From the NCBI GenBank assembly GCA_963666115.2, contig CAXXET010000006.1, positions 520,574 to 584,573 of the forward strand: a stretch of 64,000 bases of DNA, given 5' to 3'. Shown here in pieces: positions 26,748 through 36,839 of this stretch (its first letter is position 1; each line of letters opens with the position of its first letter). The stretch is from Dehalococcoidia bacterium (GTDB lineage Bacteria; Chloroflexota; Dehalococcoidia; UBA6926). A program made the position numbers and the translations under genes. The notes below the pieces were generated by a model. That model ran no database searches. It saw nothing but the letters and a program-made list of their open reading frames with translations, and had not been told where the DNA came from.

Positions 26748-28409
26748 ATGCCGCGTCTAACCGGAGGGCAGGCCCTGGTGCAAGCGCTGAAGCGCGAGGG
26801 CGTTGAGGTTGTCTTTGGGCTGCCGGGCGTGCAGTTGGACTGGGCGTTTGACGCCCTCTATGACGAGCAGGACTCGATCCGCGTGATACACACGCGCCAT
26901 GAGCAGGGAACGTCATACATGGCGGACGGCTATGCCCGCTCAACCGGCAAGATTGGCGTCTGCCTCGTCGTGCCGGGCCCGGGACTGCTGAACGCGGCGG
27001 CGGGGTTGTCAACCGCCTACGCCACCAACTCCCCCGTGCTGTGCATTGCCGGGCAGATACCAACGCATCACCTGGGCAAGGGCAGGGGCGCGCTGCATGA
27101 GATCAAGAACCAGCTTGAGACCATTGACGCCGTCACCAAGTGGGCGGGCCGCGCGATGGACGCGGCGGACGTGCCCGGCCTTGTCAGCGAGGCGTTCCAT
27201 CAACTCAAGTCCGGCCGGCCCCGCCCCGTCGAAATAGAGGTGCCGGTGGACGTGCTGATGAACGAGGCCGACGTCGAGTTCTATGAGCCGGGCGCGCCGC
27301 AGGCGGTCGAGGGCGACCCGGATCTGCTGGAAAAGGCGTCGCAGGCGCTCGGCAACTCGGAGAGGCCGCTCATCTTCGTGGGCAGCGGCATTATCACGAG
27401 CGAGGCTACTGCGGAGTTGCAGGAATTGGCGGAGATGCTGGGCGCGCCCGTGATCATCTCACAGAACGGGCGCGGGGCGCTGTCCGATCGTCACCCGCTT
27501 GCGCTGCCGTCCATCGCCGCCTATGACCTGCTGCCCAACGCGGACGTCGTTCTGGCCGTCGGCACGCGCTTCGTGATGCCCGGCCCCAATCCGTATCCAA
27601 GGGACGAGGATCAGACGGTCATTCACGTCGATATCGATGAGACGGAGCTTGACCGCAATATCGCGCCGGACATCGGCATCGTCGCCGACGCCAAGACCGC
27701 GCTCGCCGATCTCATCCGGCGCGTGCCGCGCCACAACAGGTCGCGCGGATCACGCGACGAGGAGATGGCCGCCGCACGCGCCACGGTGCAGGAAAAGCTG
27801 GCCGCGATGTCGCCCGTCACAGAGTTCGCAGGCGCCATCCGCGCCGCGCTGCCGGAGGAGGGCATCTTCGTCACGGAAGTTACGCAAGTGGGCTACTTCT
27901 CCAACCAGGGGTTCCCGGTGTATTCGCCGCGCAGCTACATCGGCGCGGGCTACCAGGGCACGCTCGGCTACGGCTTCAACACCGCGCTCGGTGTCAAGGT
28001 TGGCAACCCTAACCAGCCCGTCGTGGCGATCTCCGGCGACGGCGGTTTCATGTACGGCTCGCAAGAGCTTTCCACCGCCGTGCGCTATGGCATCAACCTG
28101 GTGACGGTGGTGTTCAACGATAGCGCGTACGGCAACGTGCGCCGCACCCAGGACACCGCCTTCAACCACCGCATCATCGCGTCCGACCTGCACAACCCGG
28201 ACTTCGTCAAGTTCGCGGAGTCGTTCGGCGCGCAGGGCAGGCGGGCGGAGACGCCGGAGCAGTTGACGACGCAGGTCACGGAGGCGTTGAACGCGGAGTC
28301 GCCGGCGCTCATCGAGGTGCCGCTGGGGGTCATGCCGAACCCGTTCCAGATGTTCGCGCCGCCGCCGGACATGATGGAACGCGCGATGGAGTTGGCCAAG
28401 CAGGGCTAG
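26748..28409 (+). CDS. TPP-dependent enzyme (acetolactate synthase-like family)
   Basis: FGLPG, RHEQG..MADGYAR, GDGGF..N. Confidence 0.9.
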   Translation: MPRLTGGQALVQALKREGVEVVFGLPGVQLDWAFDALYDEQDSIRVIHTRHEQGTSYMADGYARSTGKIGVCLVVPGPGLLNAAAGLSTAYATNSPVLCIAGQIPTHHLGKGRGALHEIKNQLETIDAVTKWAGRAMDAADVPGLVSEAFHQLKSGRPRPVEIEVPVDVLMNEADVEFYEPGAPQAVEGDPDLLEKASQALGNSERPLIFVGSGIITSEATAELQELAEMLGAPVIISQNGRGALSDRHPLALPSIAAYDLLPNADVVLAVGTRFVMPGPNPYPRDEDQTVIHVDIDETELDRNIAPDIGIVADAKTALADLIRRVPRHNRSRGSRDEEMAAARATVQEKLAAMSPVTEFAGAIRAALPEEGIFVTEVTQVGYFSNQGFPVYSPRSYIGAGYQGTLGYGFNTALGVKVGNPNQPVVAISGDGGFMYGSQELSTAVRYGINLVTVVFNDSAYGNVRRTQDTAFNHRIIASDLHNPDFVKFAESFGAQGRRAETPEQLTTQVTEALNAESPALIEVPLGVMPNPFQMFAPPPDMMERAMELAKQG

Positions 28410-28422
28410 CGCCGCTTCTCCC

Positions 28423-30636
28423 ATGACCACCGAAGCCGCGCGGGATATCCTCCGGAACCTCAATGAGGATCAGCGCCGCGCCGTGGAGGCCGTTGGCGGC
28501 CCCGTCCTGATCATCGCCGGGCCCGGCTCCGGCAAGACGCGCGTCATCACGCACCGCATCGCCTATCTCGTGCGGACGCTCCAGGTCAATCCGCGGCGCA
28601 TCCTTGCGGTCACGTTCACGAACAGGGCGGCGCGGGAGATGCGCTCACGCGTTGAGGGAATCATCGGCGACCGCGCGGGACAGTTGACGATGGGGACGTT
28701 TCACGCTTTTGGGGCGCGGATTTTGCGGCAATACGGGGAGGAGATACACGTTCCCGACGATTTTGTCATCTACGACCAGGATGATCAGACAAGCCTGATG
28801 AAGCGCGCCGCCGAAGCGGAGGGGCTTGATACGAAGACGTACCGGCCCGCCTCGCTGCTCGATGCCGTCAGCGGGGCGAAGAACAGGATGCAGACCGTAG
28901 GCGAATACTCGGCGCAGGCCGGAAACCGCTACGAGAGAATCGTGGCCTCGTGCTATGACAGGTATGAGCAGCTCCTGCAGGCCGCCCACGCGGTGGACTT
29001 CGACGACCTGCTGATGAAGCCCGTCCTGCTGCTGCGCTCGAATCCCGAGATACTGGACAAGCTGCAAAACCGCTATGACCACGTGATGGTTGACGAGTGG
29101 CAGGACACGAATCGCGCGCAATATGAACTTACGCGCTTTGTCGCCGGCAAGCATCGCAATTTGTGCGTCGTCGGCGACCCGGACCAGTCCATCTACTCGT
29201 GGAGACACGCCGATATTGAGAACATCCTGCGCTTTGAGCGCGACTTCCCGGAGACGCAGACGATTCCTCTCGGACGCAATTACCGCTCCACGTCCACCAT
29301 CGTCGATGCCGCCCACGCCCTCGTGAAAGCCAACACGGAGCGCAAGGAAATCGAGTTGACGGCGGCGAAGGGCAGCGGCAGGCCGGTCACGATCGAGCCG
29401 ACCGATGATGAGGAATACGAGGCGCTGTACGTTGCGGAGGAGATCGAGCGGCTGGTGACTGAGGAATCCGGCCGGTACGGCGACTGCGCGATCATGTACC
29501 GCACGAACGCCCAGTCGCGCGCGTTTGAGGACGCGTTCAACCGCGCGGGGATTCGCTACCGCATCATCGGCGGGCTGCGCTTCTGGGAGCGGCGTGAGAT
29601 CAGGGACGTTGTCGCGTACCTCCGCGTCCTGCGCAACCCGTTCGACGACATCAGCCTGTTGCGCATCGTCAATGTTCCAACGCGCGGCATCGGGCGGCGG
29701 TCGCTGGACCTCCTCCAGCAGTGGGCGGATGCCAACGGCGTGCCGCTGTACGCGGCCATGCAGGTTGCGGCGGACGGGCAGGAGGGGAACGCGCCGAGCC
29801 TGCCAACGCAGTCGTTGGGCGCAATCCGGGCGTTCGTCCAGATGATGACCGAACTGCTCGAGGCGCTGCGGGGCGAGGACATTCTTGAGTTCTTCGACCG
29901 GGTTCTGAACAGGACGGGCTACCGGGCATTCCTGGAGGAGGACGAGAACGCAGAGGATCGGCTGGACAACGTGGAGGAGCTGCGGAATGTGGCGGCGACG
30001 TACCGGGCGCTCGCGCCTGAGGAAGCGTTCGGCGCTTTCCTGGACCAGATCGCGCTGTCCACAGACCTTGACGCCGCCATCCGCGACGAGAGTTCGGAGC
30101 GGCAGGACGCCGTGACGCTCATCACCCTGCACCAGGCCAAAGGGCTGGAGTTCCCCGCCGCGTTCATCGTCGGGTGCGAGGAGGAGCTGCTGCCGCATAT
30201 CCGCTCTATCGAGTCGGGCGATTCGGGGGAGATGGAGGAGGAGCGCCGCCTGTGCTACGTGGGCATGACGCGGGCGATGGAGCGGCTGTATATGACGTAC
30301 GCGCTGCGGCGCAACACGCGGGGGCAGTACGGCCCGCGCAAGGCGTCGCGCTTCCTCCAGAGCCTGCCCGACAACCTGGTCAAGCGGCGGATGCCGGCTC
30401 TCTTCGGCTTCTCCGGGCTGCGGGAGCCGATGCCGGAGCCGGAGTTGGACGTGCCAAAGCCGCCCGCGCCGTTCAGGCCCGGCGACCACGTGGGGCACGC
30501 GCGGTTCGGGCAGGGTGTTGTGGTAGCGTGTCTTGAAACGCCGACGCGGGATGATTTCGAGGTAACGGTCGCGTTCAAGGGCCAGGGCGTGAAGCGCCTG
30601 CTGGCCGGACTGGCGGGATTGGAGAAGCTGAACTGA
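28423..30636 (+). CDS. pcrA: UvrD/PcrA DNA helicase
   Basis: AGPGSGKT, VDEWQD, VGDPDQSIYSWR, TLHQAKGLEF, EERRLCYVGMTRA, C-terminal Tudor-like domain. Confidence 0.93.
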   Translation: MTTEAARDILRNLNEDQRRAVEAVGGPVLIIAGPGSGKTRVITHRIAYLVRTLQVNPRRILAVTFTNRAAREMRSRVEGIIGDRAGQLTMGTFHAFGARILRQYGEEIHVPDDFVIYDQDDQTSLMKRAAEAEGLDTKTYRPASLLDAVSGAKNRMQTVGEYSAQAGNRYERIVASCYDRYEQLLQAAHAVDFDDLLMKPVLLLRSNPEILDKLQNRYDHVMVDEWQDTNRAQYELTRFVAGKHRNLCVVGDPDQSIYSWRHADIENILRFERDFPETQTIPLGRNYRSTSTIVDAAHALVKANTERKEIELTAAKGSGRPVTIEPTDDEEYEALYVAEEIERLVTEESGRYGDCAIMYRTNAQSRAFEDAFNRAGIRYRIIGGLRFWERREIRDVVAYLRVLRNPFDDISLLRIVNVPTRGIGRRSLDLLQQWADANGVPLYAAMQVAADGQEGNAPSLPTQSLGAIRAFVQMMTELLEALRGEDILEFFDRVLNRTGYRAFLEEDENAEDRLDNVEELRNVAATYRALAPEEAFGAFLDQIALSTDLDAAIRDESSERQDAVTLITLHQAKGLEFPAAFIVGCEEELLPHIRSIESGDSGEMEEERRLCYVGMTRAMERLYMTYALRRNTRGQYGPRKASRFLQSLPDNLVKRRMPALFGFSGLREPMPEPELDVPKPPAPFRPGDHVGHARFGQGVVVACLETPTRDDFEVTVAFKGQGVKRLLAGLAGLEKLN

Positions 30637-30659
30637 CCTGGAGCAACCGCCCCGCGCGG

Positions 30660-31808
30660 GTGGAGATGATCACGGACGCCGGCGGCCTTGCCGCGCTGGT
30701 TGAGCGGCTGTCCCGCGAGCAGTGCATCGTCGTCGATACGGAGTCCAACGGCTTCCACCGCTTTCCGGACCGCGTCTGCCTTGTGCAGATAGGGGCGGGC
30801 GGCAGGGCGTGGGTCATCGACCCGCTTGAAATGACGGCGGAGGACGTCGCGCCGCTGGGCGGGCTGATGGCCGATCCGGCTACTGAAAAGGTCATCCACG
30901 CCGCGTCCAATGACATCCGCGTGCTGGACAAGGAGTGGTCGTTCCGCGCCGCCAACGTCTTCGATACGAGCATCGCGGCGCAGTTTTGTGGGATGCGGCG
31001 CATCGGGCTGGACACCGTTCTCCAGGAGGCGCTGGGCGTCGTTATCGTCAAGACCAAGAGCCTCCAGCGGGCGGACTGGACCCTGCGCCCGCTCTCCGAC
31101 GAGGCGCTGCACTACGCCGTGGATGACGTGCTGCACCTGCAGGCATTGAGGAACGAACTGGGGCGGCGGCTCACGGAGTTGGGGCGCGCGGAGTGGGCGG
31201 AGGAGGAGTTTCGGCGTTTGGAGGACATCCGATACCGGGCTCCCGATCCGCCCGACGTGGCGTTCCTGAACGCGAAGGGCAGCCGGGCATTGGGGCCGCA
31301 GGAGCTGGCCGTGCTGCGCGAGTTGTACGTCTTCCGGCACAACGAGGGTGTGCGGCGCGACACGCCGCCGTTCAAGATCCTGAGCGATGCGGTTCTGACG
31401 ACCATCGCGGCTGCGGGTCGTGACGATCTTGCGGAGATCGAGGGGATACCGGCGGGCCCGCTGCGGCGGTACGGCAAGCGGCTGCAACAGGCGCGGGAGC
31501 GGGGCCTCGCCTCGCCGCCCGTGACGCGCCCGCGCAACGGCAACCAGAACTCCAACGGCCTAGAGGGACGGCCCACGAGAGAGCAGATCCACCGGCTGCG
31601 AGAGTTGAAGGCGTGGCGGAGCGAACGGGGCGAGGAACTGGACCTCGACCCGGCGCTGATCTGGCCGATGCAGAGCCTTGAGCGGCTGGCGCGCGACCCG
31701 TCGTTGCTGGATGATGAGACGGGAGAGGGCGCGCTGTTCGTGAGACGGTGGCAGGTGAAGGAGTTTGGACAATCGCTCACAGAGCAATTGGGGAAATTGG
31801 AGGGCTGA
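30660..31808 (+). CDS. rnd: Ribonuclease D with HRDC domain
   Basis: VDTE, CLVQI, FDTSIAA, ADWTLRPL..YAVDDV. Confidence 0.88.
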   Translation: MEMITDAGGLAALVERLSREQCIVVDTESNGFHRFPDRVCLVQIGAGGRAWVIDPLEMTAEDVAPLGGLMADPATEKVIHAASNDIRVLDKEWSFRAANVFDTSIAAQFCGMRRIGLDTVLQEALGVVIVKTKSLQRADWTLRPLSDEALHYAVDDVLHLQALRNELGRRLTELGRAEWAEEEFRRLEDIRYRAPDPPDVAFLNAKGSRALGPQELAVLRELYVFRHNEGVRRDTPPFKILSDAVLTTIAAAGRDDLAEIEGIPAGPLRRYGKRLQQARERGLASPPVTRPRNGNQNSNGLEGRPTREQIHRLRELKAWRSERGEELDLDPALIWPMQSLERLARDPSLLDDETGEGALFVRRWQVKEFGQSLTEQLGKLEG

Positions 31809-31809
31809 C

Positions 31810-32193
31810 ATGAGCATCGAACGTATACAACCGGACGGGCTGAGCAAGCCGGCGGCGTACACGCAGGTCGTGAAGGTCGGCAATTATATCCACATCGCCG
31901 GGCAGACATCCCAGAATGCGGCCGGCGAGATTGTGGGCGCCGGGAATATCGACGAGCAGGCGGAGCAGGTGTTCAGCAACCTCGAGACCGGGCTGGCGTC
32001 CGTCGGCGCGACGTGGGCAAACGTCGTGAAGATCACGACGTTTCTCACGCGGCGGGAGGACATCGAGGGGTATCGGGCGGCGCGGCAGCGTCATATTCCG
32101 AACGACCCGCCGGCGAGCACGCTTCTGTTCATCAGCGGTTTGGCGCATCCGGATTACTTGATCGAGGTGGAGGCGACGGCGGTTTTGGGGTAG
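31810..32193 (+). CDS. RidA/YjgF family protein
   Basis: IAGQ..QAEQVFSNL..VVKITTF..PASTL..IEVEATA. Confidence 0.9.
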   Translation: MSIERIQPDGLSKPAAYTQVVKVGNYIHIAGQTSQNAAGEIVGAGNIDEQAEQVFSNLETGLASVGATWANVVKITTFLTRREDIEGYRAARQRHIPNDPPASTLLFISGLAHPDYLIEVEATAVLG

Positions 32194-32266
32194 GTGCGCC
32201 GCCCATTGGGGCAGGCTTGTACAATGGGCGCATGGAGATACGCGATCAGAGGATGGGCGGCGTGAG

Positions 32267-33697
32267 ATGACAACGGTTAGCGTGAGGGATTTGGGCCCGA
32301 TCGGGCGGGCCTCGGTGGACATCAAGCCGTTGACTGTGTTCGTCGGCCCGAACAACTCGGGCAAGTCGTACATGGCTCTGGCTATCTATTGTCTGTCCAG
32401 GACGCTTGCCGGAAGGGGACTTGCTGGCAGGATGCCATGGCGGCAATTCGAACCAAATCTCGACGACTCTATAGACCCCGAACTCCTTCTAAGGGCCGAG
32501 GAAGATATCGAGAAGATCTTCCCAGATGGTCGTTCGATCAGAGGAGGCCAGCTTCCTGACAATCCGAAGATTGGACAACTGCCACAGAGCATCCAGGCCC
32601 TCTTTGAAGGAGGGTCCCAAATGTTTGCTGTGGGTTTAGCGCAATTGCTCGAATCTGCAATCAAGCGGGTTTACGGTACTGACATAGCGAGGATTCGACG
32701 GCGCGACATTAGGGAGCAGCCTTCAAAGCTAACTATCGAAATTGAGCAGCACGCCAGCGCGTTCAAATGGGAGACGAGGGCGGCGGGTGGCGATCTCGGC
32801 ACGGAAATCTGGCAGAACAGCCTCGCGGATCAGGCATTTAACTCATACTTGCCTCAATTCGAAGACACTTCCGAGAACCCTTTGTTGGGCATGTTATTCT
32901 CCAACTTGGGGATATTCCGCCCCCCCAAAGTCTTGGAGGATGCGTACTATATGCCAGCGAGCAGGTCCGGCATTCTGCTTGGGCACAAGACTTTCTCCAG
33001 CCTCATCGTTGGTCAAGCCTCACAGGCATGGATACGCTCGTTGGAGATTCCGCGCCTTCCCGGCTTCGTGACGGATCTGATCCAGGACCTCTTGTTGATG
33101 ACTTCGGACGAACCTCATGGAACTCAACTGGACGGGATCATCGACTATCTTGAAGGCGAGATGGCTCACGGCTCAGTCAGGCTGGATGATTCTTCTGAGT
33201 ACCCATCCGTCTATTTTGAAGGCGACGCGGGCAGACTCCAGCTCCATGAGGCCTCGTCGATGGTTTCCGAAATCGCGCCCATCGTCTTGTATTTGAAGCA
33301 CATGGTTGAGCCTGGGGATATGTTCATTATCGAGGAACCGGAATCGCATGTCGATGCCGGCAACCAGCGGCGGCTTGCGCGGGCGATTGCCATGCTTGTC
33401 AACGCGGGCGTGAAAGTGCTGATTACAACGCACAGCGATTTCCTCGTCTCGCAGTTGGGCAACCTTGTCATGCTCAGCGGCATTTCGAAGCGGCGACGGG
33501 CGGCCAGACGCTACAAGGCCGAGGAAGTCCTTCAGCCAGACGACGTCGGGGTGTACATGTTTGAGCCTGGCCCGGACGGGTCTGTCGCGCGTCCGCTGGC
33601 GGTGGACGCGGAGCGCGGAATCCCGGTGGATTCGTTCACGGACGTGCATACCGGAATCTACGACGAGGCGATAGACCTGGAATACGCTGGGCGGTAG
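32267..33697 (+). CDS. ABC/AAA_15-type ATPase (defence-associated class)
   Basis: FVGPNNSGKS, PASRSG, ASSMVSE, IEEPESH, ITTHSD. Confidence 0.85.
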   Translation: MTTVSVRDLGPIGRASVDIKPLTVFVGPNNSGKSYMALAIYCLSRTLAGRGLAGRMPWRQFEPNLDDSIDPELLLRAEEDIEKIFPDGRSIRGGQLPDNPKIGQLPQSIQALFEGGSQMFAVGLAQLLESAIKRVYGTDIARIRRRDIREQPSKLTIEIEQHASAFKWETRAAGGDLGTEIWQNSLADQAFNSYLPQFEDTSENPLLGMLFSNLGIFRPPKVLEDAYYMPASRSGILLGHKTFSSLIVGQASQAWIRSLEIPRLPGFVTDLIQDLLLMTSDEPHGTQLDGIIDYLEGEMAHGSVRLDDSSEYPSVYFEGDAGRLQLHEASSMVSEIAPIVLYLKHMVEPGDMFIIEEPESHVDAGNQRRLARAIAMLVNAGVKVLITTHSDFLVSQLGNLVMLSGISKRRRAARRYKAEEVLQPDDVGVYMFEPGPDGSVARPLAVDAERGIPVDSFTDVHTGIYDEAIDLEYAGR

Positions 33698-33699
33698 AG

Positions 33700-34140
33700 G
33701 TGGACGTTCCCGCGAGACTGAACAACTGCCTGACTGATAGGTGCGAAGAAGAGGGTTGCAGTCTCAGCCTGCGTGGGATGCAGGATTCGATCAGCGTTCT
33801 GTCGATGAACTGTGTGAGGAGAACGCTGAGGGCTAAGGGGCGGACAGCCGATTTTGCCGTGCTGTCCAACAGTAGCCGGTGGGTAGCAATGATCGAACTC
33901 AAGGGCGGGCAGAACTTGAAAATCGGACAAATCGTAGAGCAGATTCAGAACGGCCTAGATATGCTCGTCAACGGGTTGGGTGATCAGATAGTCGATGAGT
34001 TCTTTCCCATTCTTGTGCATCACAGTGACCGGGATCCACGCAGAACGCTCAGCGGACGAATGATAACGTTGAGGGGCACCCAGCGGAGGATAATCGTTGC
34101 GGAATGCGGCGACAGGCTGGCACCACTTATTCGGGCCTAG
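33700..34140 (+). CDS. Small partner protein, PD-(D/E)XK-like
   Basis: ADFAVL..MIELKGG..EQI; starts 2 bp after the ATPase stop. Confidence 0.55.
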   Translation: MDVPARLNNCLTDRCEEEGCSLSLRGMQDSISVLSMNCVRRTLRAKGRTADFAVLSNSSRWVAMIELKGGQNLKIGQIVEQIQNGLDMLVNGLGDQIVDEFFPILVHHSDRDPRRTLSGRMITLRGTQRRIIVAECGDRLAPLIRA

Positions 34141-34178
34141 AATAGCGCCCCATTTTGATTGTGAATTCTCATATGGCC

Positions 34179-35657
34179 TTACCGCGCCATATAGCCGCGC
34201 TTCGCGTTCTCCCTGCGGAGGCCGGACAAGGTGTAGATGTTTGATTTCAGCATGTTGCACGGCCCGCAGAGCAGCACTCGATTCGTGATGTGATTGATTC
34301 CGCCGTCTGCGCGGGGGGTGTTGTGATCCAGTTGGAGGTAGCGCGGATCGTCGAAAGCGCGGTCACAGCCCTGGCAGCGCTGGCCGTTCTGCGCGATGAG
34401 ATGGTCGAACATCTCTTGCCGCGTCATGCGAGGGCCGGCAGGCTCCTTGAACCGCTCGGTCACCTGCAAGAAGGGTACTGCCTCCTCCGCATCGTCAGTC
34501 CGCTCCGGCGGCTCCGTGATGAAGTTGATCTGCGGATTCGGCTCCCTGAGCAGTTGCCGATTGTCCTCCATCCTCTGCTTGACGACTTCCAGCGCTCCGT
34601 CCCAAATATCCGCTCCGACCCACTGCCGACCAAGCCGCTCAGCCGCAATCGGCGTCGTGGCGCACCCCGCGAACGGATCAAGCACAACATCGCCCTCGTT
34701 GCTGCTCGCGCTTATGATGCGCTCATACAAGGCAAGCGGCTTCTGGGTGGGATAGCCGACTCGCTCTCGCTTCGATCCGCCCATTGTCTGAAGAGCATAG
34801 ACATCGTCAACAATGTCTTGAAGTGGGAGCCCCTTGGCCTCTTCGTGGTACCGCTTTAGCTTGGGCCATGCCCCTTTTGTCTTTGGCCAATAGATTCTTC
34901 CGTCACTGTCCAACTCATCCAGAACCCTGGGCGGGTTCATCCAGTGCCGCCCTTTCTCGGTCGGATTGAAGCCTCTCCAAGGAGTTCCTGTTTCGCCCTG
35001 CCTTATGCCCGAGCCAGTCAAGTCGCCCGTCCAATAGCGACCTCTCCCGTCTCCATCGTCAAACTTGAAGTACCTCTCGACGTAATCTGAATCGTAATCG
35101 CGGCGCGGATCTGTCCAGACATAGCGGTGAGACTTCGAATAGAAGAGGATAATGTCGTGAATGGGCCCAAACCGCTTCGCACTGCTGTGGGCGTGACTAC
35201 GCTTCCAAACGATCTCGTTCCGAAAGTGCTCCTGGCCGAAGATTGCGTCCATCAGGGCCTTCAGATAGTGGCTCGCTGTCGGATCGCAGTGGAGATAGAT
35301 GCTGCCGTCGCTGCGCAGAACGCGATGCATCTCGATGAGTCGGACGGCCATGAAGCAGAGAAACGCGGCGAGACCCTCGCCGTAGCCCTCTTTCACACCG
35401 TTGATGACGTTCATCACCTTCGGCCAGTCATCAGTGATCTGATCGACCCACTCGCCCTGCACATCATCGTCCCACTTCCAGCGGTCCTGGAACTTTGCGC
35501 CGCGCGCGAGGCTGTCCGGCGTTGCGTGGAAGTCGCGTCCCTTGTTGAACGGCGGGTCCGTCGCGATTAGGTGGACCGACTCGCTGTTCAACCCGCGCAG
35601 GAACGGCAGGTTGTCGCCGTGGAAGAGGGTGCGGTTGGGGACGTTTAGGTCAGTCAT
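34179..35657 (-). CDS. N6/N4 DNA methyltransferase with C-terminal HNH domain
   Basis: DPPF, YPTQKP, VLDPFAGCAT; C-terminal CQGC..LDHNTP..GG..LCGPCN..K. Confidence 0.9.
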   Translation of the reverse strand: MTDLNVPNRTLFHGDNLPFLRGLNSESVHLIATDPPFNKGRDFHATPDSLARGAKFQDRWKWDDDVQGEWVDQITDDWPKVMNVINGVKEGYGEGLAAFLCFMAVRLIEMHRVLRSDGSIYLHCDPTASHYLKALMDAIFGQEHFRNEIVWKRSHAHSSAKRFGPIHDIILFYSKSHRYVWTDPRRDYDSDYVERYFKFDDGDGRGRYWTGDLTGSGIRQGETGTPWRGFNPTEKGRHWMNPPRVLDELDSDGRIYWPKTKGAWPKLKRYHEEAKGLPLQDIVDDVYALQTMGGSKRERVGYPTQKPLALYERIISASSNEGDVVLDPFAGCATTPIAAERLGRQWVGADIWDGALEVVKQRMEDNRQLLREPNPQINFITEPPERTDDAEEAVPFLQVTERFKEPAGPRMTRQEMFDHLIAQNGQRCQGCDRAFDDPRYLQLDHNTPRADGGINHITNRVLLCGPCNMLKSNIYTLSGLRRENAKRGYMAR

Positions 35658-35920
35658 TTTCGTAGCTCCCGATATGCATGGATGATCAGACCTAAGAGGA
35701 CTCCAAGCAATATGCCGCGTCCTGCGCTCATTATCGCAGACGCGCTTAGTTCTTCAAGCGGAATCTGTCCAGCTAACCAAAGGGCAACAGCGAAAATCGC
35801 CGCGACCACAAGCCCTCGCATCCACGAATCCAAGCATGCTACGCAGCCTATCACCACCGCCGCAGTGAAGACTGCTAGGTCGAACTGGGCGAACCCAAGG
35901 ATAGGGTCACCGTCTAGCAT
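35654..35920 (-). CDS. Small membrane protein
   Basis: Three hydrophobic segments; 4-bp overlap with the MTase start. Confidence 0.55.
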   Translation of the reverse strand: MLDGDPILGFAQFDLAVFTAAVVIGCVACLDSWMRGLVVAAIFAVALWLAGQIPLEELSASAIMSAGRGILLGVLLGLIIHAYRELRK

Positions 35921-36204
35921 CGTCGTTCTCCCCGTTCCACCCCTGTACCTTTCTGTGCGTCGCCTGCTAGTCCCTACAGGTTACGCTACCGTTCACTTCC
36001 ATGATAGCACAAAAGTTTTGAGCTCGCTCGCCCCTTGACCTTCCGCTCAATCGGAGTCTGTTCGCCTTTCTGCGGCCCCCAAGTCTCCTCACGCTCAGAG
36101 GGGGGTGCCCCCGCCTGCGCGGGGGATTCGGTGGGTGGGTGGGTTTCGCCCTTCGGCGGGGCTTGGGGTGAACGGGGGGTGTTCGGTTGCAACATTGGGG
36201 CTTT

Positions 36205-36265
36205 GGATTCTTCGCTGCGCTCAGAATGACAGTCCCGATGGATTCCGGCTTTCGCCGGAATGACA
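36205..36265. repeat. Repeat family B copy plus adjacent GGATTCCGGCTTTCGCCGGAATGAC palindromic repeat
   Basis: GGATTCTTCGCTGCGCTCAGAATGACA at 36205-36231; second element 36239-36265 shares the GGATTC..GAATGACA ends. Confidence 0.85.
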
Positions 36266-36269
36266 GGCC

Positions 36270-36839
36270 TTACTCCGCTTTGGCGGCTTCGTTCGGCTGC
36301 ATTTGTTGCCAGGCTTCTCGTTTTATGTCCATTAGCATGAAGCGGTAGCGGCCTCTGTCGGTGAAGCCTGTTTGGGTGAAGCCTGCTTTTGCGAAGGCTC
36401 TTTGGGCTCGGACGTTCCAGTCCAGGGTTTTCAGGTAGACGCGGTTTAGTTCCAGCTTGTTGAACATCCAGCTTGTTAGGAGCTTGACGGCATCCGTGCC
36501 GTAGCCGCCGTTCCAGTAGGCGCGGTCGCCGATCATGATGCCAAGCTCAGCCTCTTTGGCGCGGCGGTCAAGATCGTAGTACATGCAGTTGCCGATGTGC
36601 TTGCCCTCCGAGAGTTCGACGATGGCGAAGCGGTGGCTGCGCTTTGAGATGTAGTTGAGGTCGTCCTTGTGGATGGGCGCGTACTGCTCATAGGTCATCT
36701 TGAGGGGGTAGGCGGCGTCCAGCTCGGCAAGCTCATCGTCGGAGCGCCACAGGTAATCGTTCCACGAGTCCATCTCGGCCTTGTCTCTCAGGCCGACGCG
36801 TTCGCCTGTGACGATAAGCGGCTTAGCTATGGTCGCCAT
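36270..36839 (-). CDS. RimJ/RimL GNAT acetyltransferase
   Basis: ELGIMIGDRAYWNGGYGTDA..NVRAQRAFAKAGF. Confidence 0.88.
   Translation of the reverse strand: MATIAKPLIVTGERVGLRDKAEMDSWNDYLWRSDDELAELDAAYPLKMTYEQYAPIHKDDLNYISKRSHRFAIVELSEGKHIGNCMYYDLDRRAKEAELGIMIGDRAYWNGGYGTDAVKLLTSWMFNKLELNRVYLKTLDWNVRAQRAFAKAGFTQTGFTDRGRYRFMLMDIKREAWQQMQPNEAAKAE

Noticed and set aside
28645-31487. 617-aa and 410-aa minus-strand ORFs
   Set aside because: Shadow frames of pcrA and rnd in high-GC DNA; no motifs
36030-36200. G/C-tract-rich segment as ncRNA or ORF
   Set aside because: Only imperfect inverted G/C runs next to repeats; no promoter, SD or second copy to support it
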